Origin: a virus
Taxonomy: Duplodnaviria; Caudoviricetes
Reading direction: 5' to 3' (one strand)
Length of the DNA: 49,707 bases
Virus record (IMG/VR): IMGVR_UViG_3300027863_000054
Coordinates: 1-49,707 of that record
Under the pieces are notes generated by a model. The model made no database searches and was not told the DNA's origin. It worked only from the letters and a program-made list of their open reading frames with translations. The position numbers and the translations under genes are program-made. Shown here in pieces: positions 27,249 to 36,995 of the stretch (the first letter of the stretch is position 1; every line of letters begins with the position of its first letter).

Positions 27249-30200
27249 TTATTTTCCCTCCTTTATCCCAAACATACCTGACATAATCTGGTTTATCCTT
27301 TCATAAACAGGATTTGGTTTCTCCTCTCGAGATACTAAAAGTTCACTTCCAACTCCAGAGTGTAGAGTGGCTTCTCTTAAAGTATCTCTTACTTTATCTA
27401 AAACGGCATCCACTTCTTCCTCCGAGGAACATTTCTCAAGAAGTGCTTGAGTTCCTGAAGGAATCAGCTTAGCCAACCCAGATTCCGTTAATTTCTTCCT
27501 TATATATTTTCTAATAGTTTCTTTTCTATTCTCCTCTAACTTCTTTTCAAAATCTATTTTTGTCTCTTGAAGTTTTTTATCATATTCAGTTTTTGCTTCC
27601 TGTAATTTCTTGCTATATTCCAAAATCTTAGCTTCTTTTTCTTTTAAAATACTCTCTTGTCTATTTATTGCCTCTTTTAAACTCCTATTTAACTTTTCCT
27701 TTTCTAAAATTAGAATTTTTAACTTGTCTTTATAGTCTGAAACTGTTTCTTTTAACTTCTCCTTCTCTGCCTTTACCTCTGCTAATCTAATCTCTAAATC
27801 TCTAAGTTCTTTCATCCTTGAATCAACTAAAAGAGTAGTAATTCTTTTTCTGCTCTCCTCAGGAATTTTAGTAAAGTTCTCCTCAAAGAACTTTACTAAA
27901 GTTAAATAGTCTGCTTCCTGAATTTTTCCTTCTGACACTTTCTTGCCTAAAACATCTGCGGATGCTTTGCCAATAATCTCCTTGGCTAAATTAGCGGACA
28001 AATAAGGCTTATACTTATCTAACAAAATACTCTCTATTTCCTCATTAGACTTGCCCTGAGATAAAAGTTCTCTTGCGTCGTCTTCTATATCTATCATCAT
28101 ATTTGAAAACTTGCCTTCCTCTACTACAACAGCAAACTTCTTCGGGTCTTTCGGGTCTTGAGAAACCACACCTTTTTTGTCTCTTGCAAGTTTCTCTGCA
28201 TCCTCTTTCTTCTCGATTCCTCTTGCTATAAATCTCTGTTCCTTTATTCCTTTCTTAAACTTAATCGATTCAAATACCAGCCCAGCCTTTTCCATTTTCT
28301 CCTTCGTAAACCCAATATCTTCTCGCACCTCAAACTCAAATCTGTATGGCTCTTTAACCTTTACTCCCACTAAACCTGCTGACATTAACTCTCCAGTTAA
28401 ATGGTCTTCAATTGTCACTGTATTTATAGTATCCTTCTCAGGAGCGCTCGGTATCTCATCAATAACTCTTTGAGCAGCCTCTTTAGCCTCTTTATAGGTA
28501 TTAAATATACCTATCTCTTTATAAACTGGTTTCCAGTCTTTACCAAAGTATTCAGTTCCCGAAGCCCAATCAAAAACACTATCTTCAGTTTCAATCAAAA
28601 AATCACCTATTGCTGTAACATAGTATTTGTTAGGCAATTTACCAGACCCAACTTTACTATAGTCTTCTGCTTCTATAATTCTCTTAAACTTCTCAATTAC
28701 TTTCTCATCTATTTTACCTTCTGCAAAAGGAAACTTAAGCTGTGCCGGGTCAAAATCCGGCTCTACAGGTTCTCCTGCTAACTTCTTTCTTTGATAAGTT
28801 ACCAAGTTTATAGCAGTCTTATCTCCTTTAATAGCTTTTGCAAGTTGCTCAGCAGTCCCAACCCATTCTACATTTTCCATATAAAGATATTTTTCTCCTT
28901 CTACACCTACATCCCAAATATATCCCATATTCGTAACAGCATAAGGTTCTCGATATGCATCAAATGGTTGCATTTCCCTAAACTTAAGCTTGCCACTAGT
29001 TAGTTTTTCAATCTTCTTTACTTCATCTTCTATTGCTTTAGCCCATTCATAGTATTCACCACCCGGCTCAATATCTCTTTGGCTCATTTCACCGGTTTCG
29101 TTTATAGATTCATGAACTTCTCCTGACTTTTTCTCCAATTCTTCCATCATCTTATAGATAGCCTCTTCATCTTTAATAAGTCCAAATTCCTTCAGTTTAT
29201 CAAAGTGAGGTTCCATATCTTTAATCTGTTTCAATATTACATACGGATAAAAATAAGAATGTGCCTTAATTACATCTTCAAACGACTTGTATAAATTACT
29301 GGGAGTATAAAAATGCTTCGTTCCCGGAGCACTAGACCCTACCGTATCATGCTTTAAAAATGATATAACTGACTCAGCATATACTGACCTTCTTTTATCA
29401 TGCCTTATCGGTCCAATATACAACCTTATTCCTTTTTCCTCATCCCCAACTGTCTTTGCAGGCGTTTCTGCTGTAGGTTTATCAGATGGCCAAGGCAATA
29501 TCCTAATAATAACCAAATCAGAAATCCCACCGTCACTATATAAAGCGTATTCCCCCGGCTTAAAATCTGCCACTGTCAGCTTTGAACCAGCTTCCTTAAT
29601 ATATCCTTCCTTAATTTCTTCCCAAAAATCTGCTGGATATTCTACTATCTCTCCGCTATCCAATTTAATTTTAACTACAACCCCATATCCTTCAGTATAA
29701 CCAGTTTCACTTTGGATTACCCCTGTCTGACCTGCGTGGTCTCCTTTAACTATCTTCACCTTTTTACCCTGTAATCCAAATCCCTTTTCCAATCCTTCAT
29801 TTTTCCGTTTAAAGTACTCTATCTGCCTTAATCTCTTCAATGCTTCCTGTTTTGTATCGTATTCTCCCATCTTTCTGCCTGATTCAGCATATACTACCCA
29901 CTTAGACCCTTCCTTTTTGATAGTTTCTTTTATTATCTCTGTTCCCAGTATGTCCTGAACCAATCTTCCAATTTCACTGTGAGCACCTTCCCAAGACTTC
30001 AATATCTCATCCGGCATATTCTCTATTACATAATCTGTTATTTCTCCAAATCCAGTTAAACCCTCTTCCTTTGCCTTTTTAACTAACTCCCTTACTTTTG
30101 CTTTTCCTTTCAAACCTATAGTTCTTGCTTCACTTACCTTCTCATCCCTAATTCTTACAACCATACCACCTAAATCAACTTTTCCATCTACTTCTTCAGA

Positions 30201-31886
30201 AAACAATCCGAATACCCACACTTCACCAGTTAAAATAACCTTATTAGGGTCTTCTCCATAAACCTCAAAGTCTCCCGTAAAAGACCAATCATAAGCTCCT
30301 TCCTCTGTTGGCTCATTGTTTTCTACTCCATAGTCATATGCTCCTTCAGGTATAACAACGCGGTCAGTTTCTTTAATTACTTTGTTCTGAACTAAGCATA
30401 ACTTTATAGCCTCTGCAATTTTAGAAACTAAATTTCTAACCTCTACCTCTTCACCAATTTCAAAATCAAACTCTGTTCCTTTTTGCTCTACTAAGCTTTC
30501 ATCCATTTCCCATTCTTGTTTTTCCTTAAACCTTACTAACTCAACATTGTCTCCTAATCTTAGTTCGTAAATAGGAATTACATACAAGCGCTTAGAAGAT
30601 GGCTGTATTTCTTGTTCTCTACCAAGATTGAAGGCAGCAAGAACATACTCACGGTCTTTACCCTTTACAATATCATTTATATATAGACAGTCCCCCTTAA
30701 AAAGCGTTATCATAGTATCACATTCTTCCTCAAGCTCTTCCAGACTCTTCTTTTCAATATTATCAGGATACCGCCATCTAAATTCCATAACCTGCACCAA
30801 CGGCCATAATAAACGATACACTTTCCCTTTCTCTATCTTGCGTCCGGCTTCTACTATTCTTTTTTCCGATAAACTCCAAGCCTCTGCTATCTCTAACCAA
30901 TCTACTTCCTCTAATGCCCTACCCAACAAATCACTCACTAATCCACTTTTCTCTAACTCTCCGCCTAAAATATCTTCTTCTACAAATTCTTTTAATCTAT
31001 TAGAAAGTTCTAATTCATCTACCTTACCTTTCTCATCTTTTAACTCATCTATAATATCCTTAATTGCATCATATAACCCTTCATCCTCTGAAAGCCACAA
31101 ATTAACAACCCAAGTCTCATAATTCTTCCAGCCTTGATAATCCTCTTTTATCGACTCTTCCTTTAACATCTCCACTAACTTCTTAACTCTTTCTGATATT
31201 TCTTTCTTAACAGATTCTTTCTTTATACTCTCTACTAAAGCCATTGCTTCTGGAGTATTTAACTTCTCACATAGAGCAACTGCAAAGTCAGCATCTATCT
31301 TCTTTGATTCAATTCCTGCTCTTAAGTCTTGAACCAGATTTCTATCTACTCTTTCTGGCAATACTTCCAAAGTAGATGGGTCAGCAGTAAAGTCTATTGT
31401 CACAAATCTATAAGCCTCTGGAACTACATCGTAGTATTTATTTCCCTCTTTATCTACTTCTTCTTTTAATTCTCCATCTGCTCTTGTAGACACTCCTACC
31501 TTCGAACCTGCTTTCAAAAGCGTGTCAATAATCCTGCCATAAGGTGTGTCTAATACATCTAAAGTTGCTTTGACTTTGTTCTCTTTTTCATCTACCCAAA
31601 GATTAGAAACTATATGCGAAGTCTTTTCAAGATTAGACTGAGTAGTCTCTGGATGCTCTGCGTGTCCAAACAAAGTTCTATCTTTTAACTTTCGTAAAAT
31701 GTTATTGTCTTTTAAAACTTTTTCCCAAACCTCTCTTCTATAAATACGATTGTTCTGATTCTTCATACCAATGTTGCAAACTGGGTATGTGACTCTACAT
31801 AGAACACCTTGAGGCAATTCTTTCTCTTCAAATAGTATCGGCTCTTGTAAAACTGTCTCAATTAAAGCAATCTTTTTCTTACTCAT
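27249..31886 (-). CDS. Prohead protease (T4 gp21-like) fused through ~1100 aa of extra domains to a coiled-coil scaffold (gp22-like)
   Basis: NQNNRIY, GHAEHP, LDTPYGRII, VGVSTRADG, IDFTADPS; C-terminal coiled coil; directly upstream of MCP. Confidence 0.88.
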   Translation of the reverse strand: MSKKKIALIETVLQEPILFEEKELPQGVLCRVTYPVCNIGMKNQNNRIYRREVWEKVLKDNNILRKLKDRTLFGHAEHPETTQSNLEKTSHIVSNLWVDEKENKVKATLDVLDTPYGRIIDTLLKAGSKVGVSTRADGELKEEVDKEGNKYYDVVPEAYRFVTIDFTADPSTLEVLPERVDRNLVQDLRAGIESKKIDADFAVALCEKLNTPEAMALVESIKKESVKKEISERVKKLVEMLKEESIKEDYQGWKNYETWVVNLWLSEDEGLYDAIKDIIDELKDEKGKVDELELSNRLKEFVEEDILGGELEKSGLVSDLLGRALEEVDWLEIAEAWSLSEKRIVEAGRKIEKGKVYRLLWPLVQVMEFRWRYPDNIEKKSLEELEEECDTMITLFKGDCLYINDIVKGKDREYVLAAFNLGREQEIQPSSKRLYVIPIYELRLGDNVELVRFKEKQEWEMDESLVEQKGTEFDFEIGEEVEVRNLVSKIAEAIKLCLVQNKVIKETDRVVIPEGAYDYGVENNEPTEEGAYDWSFTGDFEVYGEDPNKVILTGEVWVFGLFSEEVDGKVDLGGMVVRIRDEKVSEARTIGLKGKAKVRELVKKAKEEGLTGFGEITDYVIENMPDEILKSWEGAHSEIGRLVQDILGTEIIKETIKKEGSKWVVYAESGRKMGEYDTKQEALKRLRQIEYFKRKNEGLEKGFGLQGKKVKIVKGDHAGQTGVIQSETGYTEGYGVVVKIKLDSGEIVEYPADFWEEIKEGYIKEAGSKLTVADFKPGEYALYSDGGISDLVIIRILPWPSDKPTAETPAKTVGDEEKGIRLYIGPIRHDKRRSVYAESVISFLKHDTVGSSAPGTKHFYTPSNLYKSFEDVIKAHSYFYPYVILKQIKDMEPHFDKLKEFGLIKDEEAIYKMMEELEKKSGEVHESINETGEMSQRDIEPGGEYYEWAKAIEDEVKKIEKLTSGKLKFREMQPFDAYREPYAVTNMGYIWDVGVEGEKYLYMENVEWVGTAEQLAKAIKGDKTAINLVTYQRKKLAGEPVEPDFDPAQLKFPFAEGKIDEKVIEKFKRIIEAEDYSKVGSGKLPNKYYVTAIGDFLIETEDSVFDWASGTEYFGKDWKPVYKEIGIFNTYKEAKEAAQRVIDEIPSAPEKDTINTVTIEDHLTGELMSAGLVGVKVKEPYRFEFEVREDIGFTKEKMEKAGLVFESIKFKKGIKEQRFIARGIEKKEDAEKLARDKKGVVSQDPKDPKKFAVVVEEGKFSNMMIDIEDDARELLSQGKSNEEIESILLDKYKPYLSANLAKEIIGKASADVLGKKVSEGKIQEADYLTLVKFFEENFTKIPEESRKRITTLLVDSRMKELRDLEIRLAEVKAEKEKLKETVSDYKDKLKILILEKEKLNRSLKEAINRQESILKEKEAKILEYSKKLQEAKTEYDKKLQETKIDFEKKLEENRKETIRKYIRKKLTESGLAKLIPSGTQALLEKCSSEEEVDAVLDKVRDTLREATLHSGVGSELLVSREEKPNPVYERINQIMSGMFGIKEGK

Positions 31887-31908
31887 TTCTTTACCTCCTC
31901 AACTTTTT

Positions 31909-33180
31909 TCAAAACTCTACCCCCAACTCTTTTAACTTATTTACTGTTTCTTTAAACTTGTCAATCACCCCTGTCGTTGCCTGTATATTATAAGCCCTCA
32001 CCCCATCCGTAACTTTTTTTGCTTCTTCCATAGCCTCTTCCATCGTATCTCCCTGCCCATTACAAGTGCAAACCAAATTGTCTCCGGGTATATAATAAAA
32101 CTTTCCATTCTTTGAAACTATTCTCCTAAAACCAATATTTGGCAATACTTTTGGCTCTATATCTAATACTCTTGGAACATCTGTATTATCTGTATATATT
32201 CCTATCTCACACTGATATGGCTTTTTTACTTCAAATCTATCAAGTGTTCCCTCTGCTATTCCAACTAATACATCAGGATAGTTAATTATACTCTTTGGAT
32301 AACAGGCACTGTCTGGATACGGAAATCTCGAAGTTGTATCTATAACTTTATATACTTTTCCATCCCAGAAACCTTCTACACAAATTACTCCTCTAAACTT
32401 CTGTTGTTTTAACCAATCTGCAATTTTGTCCATATACTGATTTACAAATATGCTATCTTCAACCCACTTACAAACATTTCCCATACCTTTAATTTCAATT
32501 GTAAAAAAATGAGGCTTTACAAATTTCTCACCGTTGAAAAAGCAATCACAGCCTATTTCTACTCCCTCACTTTCTCCTTCTACAATAAAATCAAAATCAT
32601 CAGCATAAGGTCCAAATCCTGCTGATTCAAATAATACTTTTGCATCCTCGACACCTGAAGCCCTAAATGTCTCTATGTTTCCTCTAAACTTATTTAACTT
32701 GACATAATGCACACCTTTGTTCTTTTCTAAATATGCTAATACATTCTTTACACCTTTTAGCACTACTGCTTCAGTAACTGCAATACCTAACTTGTTATAC
32801 ACTTCCCGCATATAAATTCTATCTGATTCCAATTTCTCAACTGAAGTCCCTGCTCCCCATACTGCCTTATTGTTCTTTCTTAATAAATCTATTGTTCCAC
32901 CAAAAGTTATATCAGCAAAGATAATCACTTGAACCCTATCTAAAACCTCACCCATATCATCTATCTTAACAATGCCTTCAAATCCATCACCTGTAATGTA
33001 ATCAGTAAATACTGGATACGCAGACCTCCAAGTCTCTTCTAAGTAAACTTTATATCCTTTCTTTCTCAATCCTAAACAATGGTCAATACCAATATTCGTA
33101 TCTACAAAGAGAATTTCTTTCTCTGCACTTTTTACCAAATCTATATCACCTATCTGCAATTGTTCAAGTAGCTTCTTCAT
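31909..33180 (-). CDS. ATP-grasp ligase, PurD (GAR synthetase)-like, with MKKLLE leader
   Basis: LESDRIYMRE, YVKL, FIVEGESEGVEIGCDCFFNG, VIDTTSRFPYP, GQGDTMEEA follow the PurD layout. Confidence 0.72.
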   Translation of the reverse strand: MKKLLEQLQIGDIDLVKSAEKEILFVDTNIGIDHCLGLRKKGYKVYLEETWRSAYPVFTDYITGDGFEGIVKIDDMGEVLDRVQVIIFADITFGGTIDLLRKNNKAVWGAGTSVEKLESDRIYMREVYNKLGIAVTEAVVLKGVKNVLAYLEKNKGVHYVKLNKFRGNIETFRASGVEDAKVLFESAGFGPYADDFDFIVEGESEGVEIGCDCFFNGEKFVKPHFFTIEIKGMGNVCKWVEDSIFVNQYMDKIADWLKQQKFRGVICVEGFWDGKVYKVIDTTSRFPYPDSACYPKSIINYPDVLVGIAEGTLDRFEVKKPYQCEIGIYTDNTDVPRVLDIEPKVLPNIGFRRIVSKNGKFYYIPGDNLVCTCNGQGDTMEEAMEEAKKVTDGVRAYNIQATTGVIDKFKETVNKLKELGVEF

Positions 33181-35177
33181 TTACCCTCCACTACAAATCT
33201 TTCGGCTCTGTCTTTGTCCTTAAAAAACAACTTCTCTCCTTTGCTTTCTGCTACCCAAACCCTTTCTCCTAACCTGATATACATTGGTGCATCATAATAC
33301 TCTTTGCCAGCAATATTTTCATCAGCAATAATTTCCTTTGATTCATCTACTTTACCACCTTTTCTCCTAAATATTTCTTTTACTTCTTCTGTATTCAAAT
33401 CTGGAATTCTTTCAACAAATTCTCGCCAATTCCAACCTGCCTTTACTGCCATATTTATTATATCCTCAGTTGACATACTTACTTCTTCTATATCTTCCTC
33501 TGCTTCACTTACTCTTTTCTTGCTAATAGGAATACCAATCGGTCCTCTTCCTCTGCCTCTTCCTAAACCTCTGCCCTTTCCTCTGGAACGGATTTTACTT
33601 CCCGGACAAACTTGTTCAGATACCTCCCCTATTATAATCTTGTCCTCTCCTACAACTTTATCAAGCTCTTCTTTAGGTCCATTTAATGTTACACTGTAGT
33701 AGCTAAAAGCGTGTAATATATTTGAGCTATCTGCGCCAGCAAACTCTACATCTACCACTGAGACATTCTTTGCTCCCTTTTTTGCAATGTCTTTTTCAAT
33801 TTGCTTACGGATGTAATCATATACCGCTTTACTATCAAGTAATTCAAACACATCGGTATCCTCTGCTACTTTAAAGACCTCTTTAGCGATATCAGATACT
33901 GCTATTCCATACTCACCACTTGCCGAAGCTTGAGTTCCTTTAGATTTCTCCTCAATCCTTATCAATCTATCTTTATATTTTACTTTCTTCTCCTGTATAC
34001 TTTCTACCGGTTCTTTTGGCTCTTCAGCTTCCGGTTCTTCCGGTTTAGGTTCCTCTGGCTTTATTTCCTCTGTCCCTTCCTCTGGTTTTTCCTCTTTCGG
34101 CTCTTCTTCTGGTCTTTCCGCTTTAGGTTTTTCCTCTTCCTCTGGCTTTTCTTCCTCAGGCTTTTCCTCTTCTTTCGGCTCTTCCTTTGGCAATAAGTAT
34201 TTATCTACTATCTCATAAGCGATGTCTTCTAAATCTAAATCTCTGATAGCATCGATTAAAAATTGCTCCAAAGTCTCACCCTCTTCACTTGTCAAAACAT
34301 CATTTCCTGTTGCATCCTGAATAGCGTATTTTGAGCCTCTTTTAACAAAGTAATAATACTGGTCTTTTGCTTTGCCAAAATACTCTTTACTTTCCTCTGC
34401 ACCAACTTCTTTTGTGCTAACTTCTTCTGCCTCTTTAATCTCCTTTTTCTCTTCTACTTTCCCTTTCTCGATTAGTTCCTCTGCTATTTTAAATATATCT
34501 ATCCCCAAACTCCGTCTTCCCTCAAAAAATCCTTCCCAAAACGCATTCTTTATCTCAGATAAAAACTCTATTTGCTCATCGAAATCATCAGTAAGTGCTT
34601 TGCAATCCTTTCCCATTTTTGAAGCATATTTAATATAAAAATGGTCTGTTTCTTCCCATCTTTCCAAATCTGTATAAACTAAATCATAAGAGTCTTCAAA
34701 TTTCTCTTCCTCATAAGTATCTTTTATAGTGTTTTCAACATCCATCCAATCATCATTTTTACCTGCTTCAATTCCTAACTTATGCCACTTATCTATTAGT
34801 TTTTGTAATTCTGCATTCTCTTTTATATACTCATATAGACTTTTACTTTTCATAGCCTTTGCCTCTTCTAATCCTTTTTTCTTAATTAGAAAATCCCAGG
34901 CAATCTCTTTTAAGTCTTCTCCAAATACATCCTTAATCTCTTTAGTCTTTACCTCTAATGTTTCCCTATCAATTATATGTTTCTTAACTATATATAAATC
35001 CACTCCTTCATCGTAGAAAATATCCAAGTTCCTGTTGTCCTTATGTAGTCTTAATTCCTTATCACTTAGCCTCATAAACTGAACTCCCATCCTATCAAAG
35101 TTTCTCCAATTAAGCCATTGCATAATTGTATAAAGTGTTACATCTTCTTCTCTTATCTCCGATAACTTCTCTTCCAT
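33177..35177 (-). CDS. Large acidic multi-module putative prohead core protein
   Basis: E/P/K low-complexity linker, RG-rich tract, repeated (I/V/L)-X-E sites; position comparable to T4 genes 67/68. Confidence 0.6.
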   Translation of the reverse strand: MEEKLSEIREEDVTLYTIMQWLNWRNFDRMGVQFMRLSDKELRLHKDNRNLDIFYDEGVDLYIVKKHIIDRETLEVKTKEIKDVFGEDLKEIAWDFLIKKKGLEEAKAMKSKSLYEYIKENAELQKLIDKWHKLGIEAGKNDDWMDVENTIKDTYEEEKFEDSYDLVYTDLERWEETDHFYIKYASKMGKDCKALTDDFDEQIEFLSEIKNAFWEGFFEGRRSLGIDIFKIAEELIEKGKVEEKKEIKEAEEVSTKEVGAEESKEYFGKAKDQYYYFVKRGSKYAIQDATGNDVLTSEEGETLEQFLIDAIRDLDLEDIAYEIVDKYLLPKEEPKEEEKPEEEKPEEEEKPKAERPEEEPKEEKPEEGTEEIKPEEPKPEEPEAEEPKEPVESIQEKKVKYKDRLIRIEEKSKGTQASASGEYGIAVSDIAKEVFKVAEDTDVFELLDSKAVYDYIRKQIEKDIAKKGAKNVSVVDVEFAGADSSNILHAFSYYSVTLNGPKEELDKVVGEDKIIIGEVSEQVCPGSKIRSRGKGRGLGRGRGRGPIGIPISKKRVSEAEEDIEEVSMSTEDIINMAVKAGWNWREFVERIPDLNTEEVKEIFRRKGGKVDESKEIIADENIAGKEYYDAPMYIRLGERVWVAESKGEKLFFKDKDRAERFVVEGK

Positions 35178-35190
35178 CTTTTTTCCTCCT

Positions 35191-35529
35191 TTACCATTTC
35201 AGTCCCAACTTTTTAAATTCCTCACTCCAGTCTTCTTTCTCTAAAACTTTATCTGGCTCTTTTGCCATCTCTAAATAAAGTTCACAGGCCCTGATATTCC
35301 CTTTTCTTGCCTGCTCAAGAAGAGACTGCAATACTGCAATTCTGGCATCTCTTTTTCCCTTTTCAAATGACTCCTTTACCTCAGGTCTTTTTTTAAAGTA
35401 GCGGATTAGCCCGGATAGACTTATCCGCCAGACATCTGCTAAATCTCCTATGTTTAAACCTAAAGCACCAAATCTATATGCCTCTTTAACCAAAACATCT
35501 TTATTTTTAAAATCTCTTTTTTTAGACAC
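35191..35529 (-). CDS. HTH DNA-binding protein, terminase small subunit-like
   Basis: GLNIGDLADVWRIS HTH; FEKGK..A...V..SL...A..GN..A pattern; GTG start after AGGAGG. Confidence 0.55.
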   Translation of the reverse strand: MSKKRDFKNKDVLVKEAYRFGALGLNIGDLADVWRISLSGLIRYFKKRPEVKESFEKGKRDARIAVLQSLLEQARKGNIRACELYLEMAKEPDKVLEKEDWSEEFKKLGLKW

Positions 35530-35555
35530 GCCATCCTCCTCCCTGAACTAACCTC

Positions 35556-35966
35556 TCAGACATAACTATGCTCTTCTACTTCGAATAAAATTCTTCCTAT
35601 CTTCTCATATACATCACAGAGTATCCCTCTATATTCCAAATTGCCTTTTTCTAACTCTATACAGATATGAGTTCCTAAACTAAAAAGCCCTTTTAGAGTT
35701 TCCCAAACATTGTCGGTTTTACTTTCACTTATCTTCCTTAAAGTCTTATAAACAGGTTTTTCCTTTAACTTCTCTATTAAACCTTCCAGAAGTTGCTCTC
35801 TTGTAGGTAAAGTATTTAAAACCTGCTCTAAGTCTACATAACGCTTCTCTAAATATAAGTTCATAGCTTGCCTGACTTTTTCTTCAAAAGTCGTTCCCTT
35901 AAAATCTTGCTTTGCCTGATATAAGCGCTCTAATAAACTATAAGAAGAGACTAAACTTAATTTCAT
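35556..35966 (-). CDS. Hypothetical protein
   Basis: ORF track, SD-like site. Confidence 0.6.
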   Translation of the reverse strand: MKLSLVSSYSLLERLYQAKQDFKGTTFEEKVRQAMNLYLEKRYVDLEQVLNTLPTREQLLEGLIEKLKEKPVYKTLRKISESKTDNVWETLKGLFSLGTHICIELEKGNLEYRGILCDVYEKIGRILFEVEEHSYV

Positions 35967-35975
35967 TTTTTCCCT

Positions 35976-36254
35976 TTACTCATTCTGTAAACTACTTAGG
36001 TCTAATTCATTTATCCAATTTCTAAAGTTATCCAATAAACGCTCGCCTCCTAACTCGCTAAATTCATAATTATCATAGAGTTCGCTATATTCCTCTTGCC
36101 CAAAATTTTCGTAAAATCCTTGTCTTTTTGCCTTAGCTATCAATTGCTTTTTTGCTTTGTTGATGTCTCTTTCTAATTGTTTTACTATTTCTTTATAATC
36201 TTTCATCTCACCTTCTTCAAATACTTGATTCAAATATTCCAATAACTTTCTCAT
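35976..36254 (-). CDS. Small protein with MRKLLE leader
   Basis: MRKLLEYLNQVFEE; GFYENFGQ motif. Confidence 0.7.
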   Translation of the reverse strand: MRKLLEYLNQVFEEGEMKDYKEIVKQLERDINKAKKQLIAKAKRQGFYENFGQEEYSELYDNYEFSELGGERLLDNFRNWINELDLSSLQNE

Positions 36255-36493
36255 CCTGTTCCTCCTGTTTCTAAACTATAAATCTCTTTCTTTACTTTAA
36301 TTATCTCATTTAGCACAGCACCAAGTCTTTCTGGGTCTTTACCTGAAGTCATTAGGATATCTCTTTCTCTCTGCAACTTTTCAAGCTTTTTCTTTAAGGC
36401 ATCTATCTGCCTTTTCTTTTTGTTTGCAGGATTTATCCAATCTCTAATCAACCCGATTAACTGCCCTATTGCTTCAAATATACCTGTCATCAT
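36251..36493 (-). CDS. Small coiled-coil protein with amphipathic N-terminus (possible lysis accessory)
   Basis: Adjacent to the holin-like gene; SD separated from ATG by a hairpin. Confidence 0.55.
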   Translation of the reverse strand: MMTGIFEAIGQLIGLIRDWINPANKKKRQIDALKKKLEKLQRERDILMTSGKDPERLGAVLNEIIKVKKEIYSLETGGTG

Positions 36494-36539
36494 TTATAGG
36501 TTTCTGTTAAAACAGAAACTCCCTCCTTTTTGTCTCTAT

Positions 36540-36574
36540 ATAATATATATACACAAAATTTCTTAAAATTGGAA
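36540..36574 (-). promoter_or_regulatory. Candidate phage promoter TTCCAA-N16-GTATATATATTAT
   Basis: Same motif and spacing upstream of the portal (49578-49612). Confidence 0.6.
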
Positions 36575-36622
36575 TTATTTGCATTCTATTATCTTTAAAT
36601 TAGTCCTATAACAACCTCTTCA

Positions 36623-36868
36623 TTACTTCTCCGTTAACTTCTTTACTGTATCATACGCCAATACAGAACCACCAGCGATACCAAGTATCTTTAAGATTAT
36701 ATCCATTATAGATTTTACATCCAAGTCAATACCTACTATCTTTGCTCCTGCTACAACTACAATGGCTAATATTATAGCAACAATAGGAGCAATCTTTGTA
36801 GGCAACTTAATTTTCTTTAGCAACTGAATTACAAATGGAATTACTATGGCACTAATTATCTCAAACAT
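36623..36868 (-). CDS. Holin-like membrane protein
   Basis: 81 aa, 2-3 hydrophobic helices, IQLLKK and AYDTVKK motifs, charged C-terminus. Confidence 0.65.
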   Translation of the reverse strand: MFEIISAIVIPFVIQLLKKIKLPTKIAPIVAIILAIVVVAGAKIVGIDLDVKSIMDIILKILGIAGGSVLAYDTVKKLTEK

Positions 36869-36980
36869 TTTCTCCTCCTTTTTTACTTTCCGTGTTTTTC
36901 CAGAAACCCTGATAAAGGAATTCTTTTTCTACATCTTCTCTCGTTGACTCTACCAAAATCTCTTCAAGCAATCTTTTCAT
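36861..36980 (-). CDS. 39-aa leader-bearing mini-ORF (MKRLLEEILVESTRED...)
   Basis: Read by eye; strong SD; overlaps the holin start. Confidence 0.55.
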   Translation of the reverse strand: MKRLLEEILVESTREDVEKEFLYQGFWKNTESKKGGENV

Positions 36981-36995
36981 TCTGTCCCCTTCCTC

